From an uncultured Gammaproteobacteria bacterium (GTDB taxonomy: Bacteria > Patescibacteriota > Microgenomatia > UBA10105 > UBA927), in assembly GCA_964367065.1 (NCBI GenBank), contig CAYIWI010000002.1, positions 1-49,658 of the forward strand: 49,658 nt of DNA, written 5' to 3'. Positions 46,344 to 49,658 of the stretch are shown piece by piece. Under the pieces are notes generated by a model that worked only from the letters and a program-made list of their open reading frames with translations, was not told the DNA's origin and did not search any database. The translations under genes and the position numbers were made by a program. Every line of letters starts with the position of its first letter. The first letter of the stretch is position 1.

Positions 46344-47407
46344 TTTTCGAGTAATGAAAATATCCAATTTGTGTCGAATGGGCCGGGGTTTCCTTCCGGA
46401 TGAAACTGCGTACTCCAAATCTTCCGATTGACACTAATGAGCCCCTCGTTTGTGTGGTCATTGAGATTAATAAACCATTCCGTAAATTCCGCCGGCATCG
46501 TCTTGCGGTCGACTACATACCCGTGGTTTTGTGATGTGACATACGCTTTCCCGGTAGTGGCATCCAGACACGGTTGGTTAAGCCCCCGATGCCCGTAGGG
46601 AAGTTTGTATGTATCTGCCCCGAGCGCCAGTGCCAACAGCTGGTGCCCCAGACAAACACCCAAAAAAGGAATGTTTTTACCCAGAATCTTTTTGATATTG
46701 GCAATCGTTATGCCGCAGTCCTTCGGATCTCCCGGGCCGTTGGAGCACACCACGCCATCAGTGTCGTTTGTGAATGGCAAAGGATCCATATTCCACGGAA
46801 TGCGCTTCACCGCATATCCGCAGTTCAAAAGCTCACGCAAAATTCCATGCTTCACTCCGCAATCAATAAGGAGCAACCGTTTCCCATTATGTTTCCTTGG
46901 TTGGTAATCGATAATTTCCCGAAGACTTACTCTGGGCACAAGATTTGTGAGGATGGTTTCATCCCATGTAAACAGTTTTTTAGGAGAAATCACACCCCGA
47001 AGTGCCCCTTTCTCACGGATTTTTTGCGTTAATGCGCGCGTATCGACGTGGGCGATGCCGGCAACGCGGTGCTCGGCCAACCATTCGGAAAATGACTGAT
47101 GCATCTGGTAATGCGACGGCGTTTCCACATCGGAAGAAACCACCACGCCCTGCGTCCAAATACGTTCGGATTCAAAATTTTCCATAAGGTGAGTGGAGAG
47201 AATTTTGGGCTTTGGCACGCCGTAATTCCCAATAAGCGGATACGTAAATACGAGAATTTGGCCTGCAAATGATGGGTCAGTCAGGCTCTGGCAATACCCG
47301 GTCATGGCAGTGGAAAACACCACCTCTCCCATCGACTCACCAAAATACCCAAATGCTTCCCCTTCTATGATTTCCCCGTCTTCAAGGCAAAGGTACGTTT
47401 TCAGCAT
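46340..47407 (-). CDS. carA: carbamoyl-phosphate synthase small (glutaminase) subunit
   Basis: The N-terminus LCLEDGEIIEGEAFG is present, and the GATase triad segment has GVCLGHQLL and FHPE. Confidence 0.95.
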   Translation of the reverse strand: MLKTYLCLEDGEIIEGEAFGYFGESMGEVVFSTAMTGYCQSLTDPSFAGQILVFTYPLIGNYGVPKPKILSTHLMENFESERIWTQGVVVSSDVETPSHYQMHQSFSEWLAEHRVAGIAHVDTRALTQKIREKGALRGVISPKKLFTWDETILTNLVPRVSLREIIDYQPRKHNGKRLLLIDCGVKHGILRELLNCGYAVKRIPWNMDPLPFTNDTDGVVCSNGPGDPKDCGITIANIKKILGKNIPFLGVCLGHQLLALALGADTYKLPYGHRGLNQPCLDATTGKAYVTSQNHGYVVDRKTMPAEFTEWFINLNDHTNEGLISVNRKIWSTQFHPEGNPGPFDTNWIFSLLEK

Positions 47408-47443
47408 AAAAAAATCCCAGTGCTCCGTCTTTGGCTCCTGGGA
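47408..47443 (-). terminator. leader hairpin plus U7 tract abutting the carA start codon (terminator/attenuator-like)
   Basis: The minus strand reads UCCCAGGAGCCAAAGACGGAGCACUGGGA UUUUUUU AUG. There is a 6-bp outer stem with an imperfect inner GCC/GG(A)GC pairing. There is no Shine-Dalgarno sequence. Confidence 0.5.
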
Positions 47444-47447
47444 CTAA

Positions 47448-47476
47448 ACTATAGCAACCTGACAGCATCCTGTCAA
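47448..47476 (-). promoter_or_regulatory. near-consensus promoter TTGACA-17 nt-TATAGT for carA, with the -35 overlapping the CBS-gene stop codon
   Basis: The minus strand reads TTGACAggatgctgtcaggttgcTATAGTttagtccc. Confidence 0.6.
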
Positions 47477-47955
47477 CCCCGGCGTTTCTTTTTCCGTCCA
47501 TCCCCCTTTTGCAGATGTTTTTGAAAAAGCGCGGTAAATATGTCCCCTTTGGTCACCATGCCCACGACAATACCGCCGTCGGACAATACCGGCAATTGAT
47601 TGACCCGCCGCACAATCATGCGGGAAAGCGCACGCATAACCGGTGTGTCTTCGAACGTAAAAATAACCCGCGTAGACATAACATCTTTTGCTTTAAGCCC
47701 TATGCGATCCCGGATTTTACGCTCCATCGCTTCATAATCACCGGGAGCCGCAAACTCATCCACATACTCCCTGTAGTCCGGATAGAGGGACTTGAGAAGG
47801 TCTTCTTTGGTCACCAGTCCCACCAATTTATTGGTCCGGTCGACCACCGGCACCGCATTGACCTTTTTCCGCACAATCAACCGCCAAAGCTCGCGGAACG
47901 TGGTACGTTCGCGCACTTTTGCCACACGCCGGGTCATGACAGACGAAACATTCAT
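47473..47955 (-). CDS. CBS-domain pair protein
   Basis: It has two CBS repeats (VMTRRV..V......FREL.......KVNAVPVVD..NKLVGLVTKEDLL; VMSTRVIF.......V..AL.......VNQLPVL.DGG.VVGMVTKGDIF). Confidence 0.85.
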   Translation of the reverse strand: MNVSSVMTRRVAKVRERTTFRELWRLIVRKKVNAVPVVDRTNKLVGLVTKEDLLKSLYPDYREYVDEFAAPGDYEAMERKIRDRIGLKAKDVMSTRVIFTFEDTPVMRALSRMIVRRVNQLPVLSDGGIVVGMVTKGDIFTALFQKHLQKGDGRKKKRRG

Positions 47956-47974
47956 AGGGGTCTTGTTCGTAGCG

Positions 47975-48003
47975 AGTGTACCCCAGAGCGGTCACCCTGT
48001 CAA
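47975..48003 (-). promoter_or_regulatory. candidate promoter TTGACA-17 nt-TACACT upstream of the CBS-domain gene
   Basis: The minus strand reads TTGACAgggtgaccgctctggggTACACT, with 19 nt between the -10 box and ATG 47955. Confidence 0.5.
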
Positions 48004-48022
48004 CCACAGGCCGACGCCTGGT

Positions 48023-48454
48023 CTAAGACGGCAGAAGTGACGGGGATCGATATTTTTTGCGTCTCAGAACCTTGAGTTCAACAAGCGAACGGCGAAGTAT
48101 TGCCTGGGCAGCAGCGAGTTCTTCGCCCTTTACCCCCTTGGCGATTGCTTCTCGGGCAGAAGATTCCGCGCGCTTAATTTCCGCTTCGTTGAGTTCATCC
48201 GCATGAAATGCCCGTGATACCAGCACCGAGGCACCCCGACTCGTCACTTCTATGAACCCTCCGCCAACGGCCAAAAAATACTCTTTGTTGCCGCTCGTTA
48301 CTTTAATTTCGCCTTCCGAAAGCGAACAAAACAACGGCGTATGATGCGCAAGCACTTCGATCATTCCGCGTGAGGTGGGAACGCTGACCGCATCAACTTC
48401 TTCCGAAAACACCTTCCGATCCGGGCTGACGATCTCGAGTAGAAAAGCCGTCAT
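48023..48454 (-). CDS. atpC: F0F1 ATP synthase subunit epsilon
   Basis: The N-terminal beta-sandwich pattern is present (L.IVSPDR.VF...VD.V.VPT..G.IEVL..H.PL...L..GEI.V), followed by a C-terminal helical hairpin. It lies directly downstream of atpD. Confidence 0.9.
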   Translation of the reverse strand: MTAFLLEIVSPDRKVFSEEVDAVSVPTSRGMIEVLAHHTPLFCSLSEGEIKVTSGNKEYFLAVGGGFIEVTSRGASVLVSRAFHADELNEAEIKRAESSAREAIAKGVKGEELAAAQAILRRSLVELKVLRRKKYRSPSLLPS

Positions 48455-48455
48455 A

Positions 48456-49658
<1,203 letters not shown>

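Overview
This is a dense window (about 95% coding) from a bacterial chromosome using the standard genetic code, since TGA clearly acts as a stop. I call 47 protein genes (two cut by the window edges) and 2 tRNAs. Nearly all are housekeeping genes in long, tightly coupled operons.

Gene content, left to right:
- A MacA/MacB-type ABC efflux module.
- A minus-strand operon uvrB-uvrA-transglutaminase-uvrC-holin-like-yvcK-secG-SBP, with lexA divergent from uvrB.
- dedA and rsmI.
- A gluconeogenic operon, eno-gpmI-(archaeal-type FBP aldolase/phosphatase)-acs.
- A long operon rarA-small beta-barrel-nudix-HExxH peptidase-holA-like-pmm-pgi/pmi-ppsA.
- tdk, tRNA-Glu, a GT-C-like membrane glycosyltransferase, a cofE-like ligase, a P-type ATPase and tRNA-Lys.
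- yraN/rplS/pyrG.
- A complete pyrimidine operon, carA-carB-pyrB-pyrC-pyrD-pyrF-pyrE-upp.
- A CBS-domain gene and atpC/atpD.

I found no transposase, integrase, CRISPR array, restriction-modification gene or recognisable defence gene, and no convincing novel multi-gene system.

The most unusual signals are at the sequence level:
1. Palindromic elements are inserted in frame into housekeeping genes. A ~72-nt element occurs in both rsmI and rarA at ~89% identity. rsmI also carries a perfect 13-bp-stem hairpin. acs carries a 44-nt quasi-palindrome that shares 21 identical nt with pyrF.
2. Operon-leading genes have near-consensus -10 boxes only 4-10 nt upstream of the ATG, which suggests leaderless mRNAs. 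Internal genes carry strong GGAGG sites.
3. Two leaders have a promoter, hairpin, U-tract, ATG architecture, one before carA and one after upp/before the pyrG region.

The small-genome features (short UvrC, short HolA, archaeal-type enzymes) would fit an uncultivated lineage such as Patescibacteria. That is inference only.
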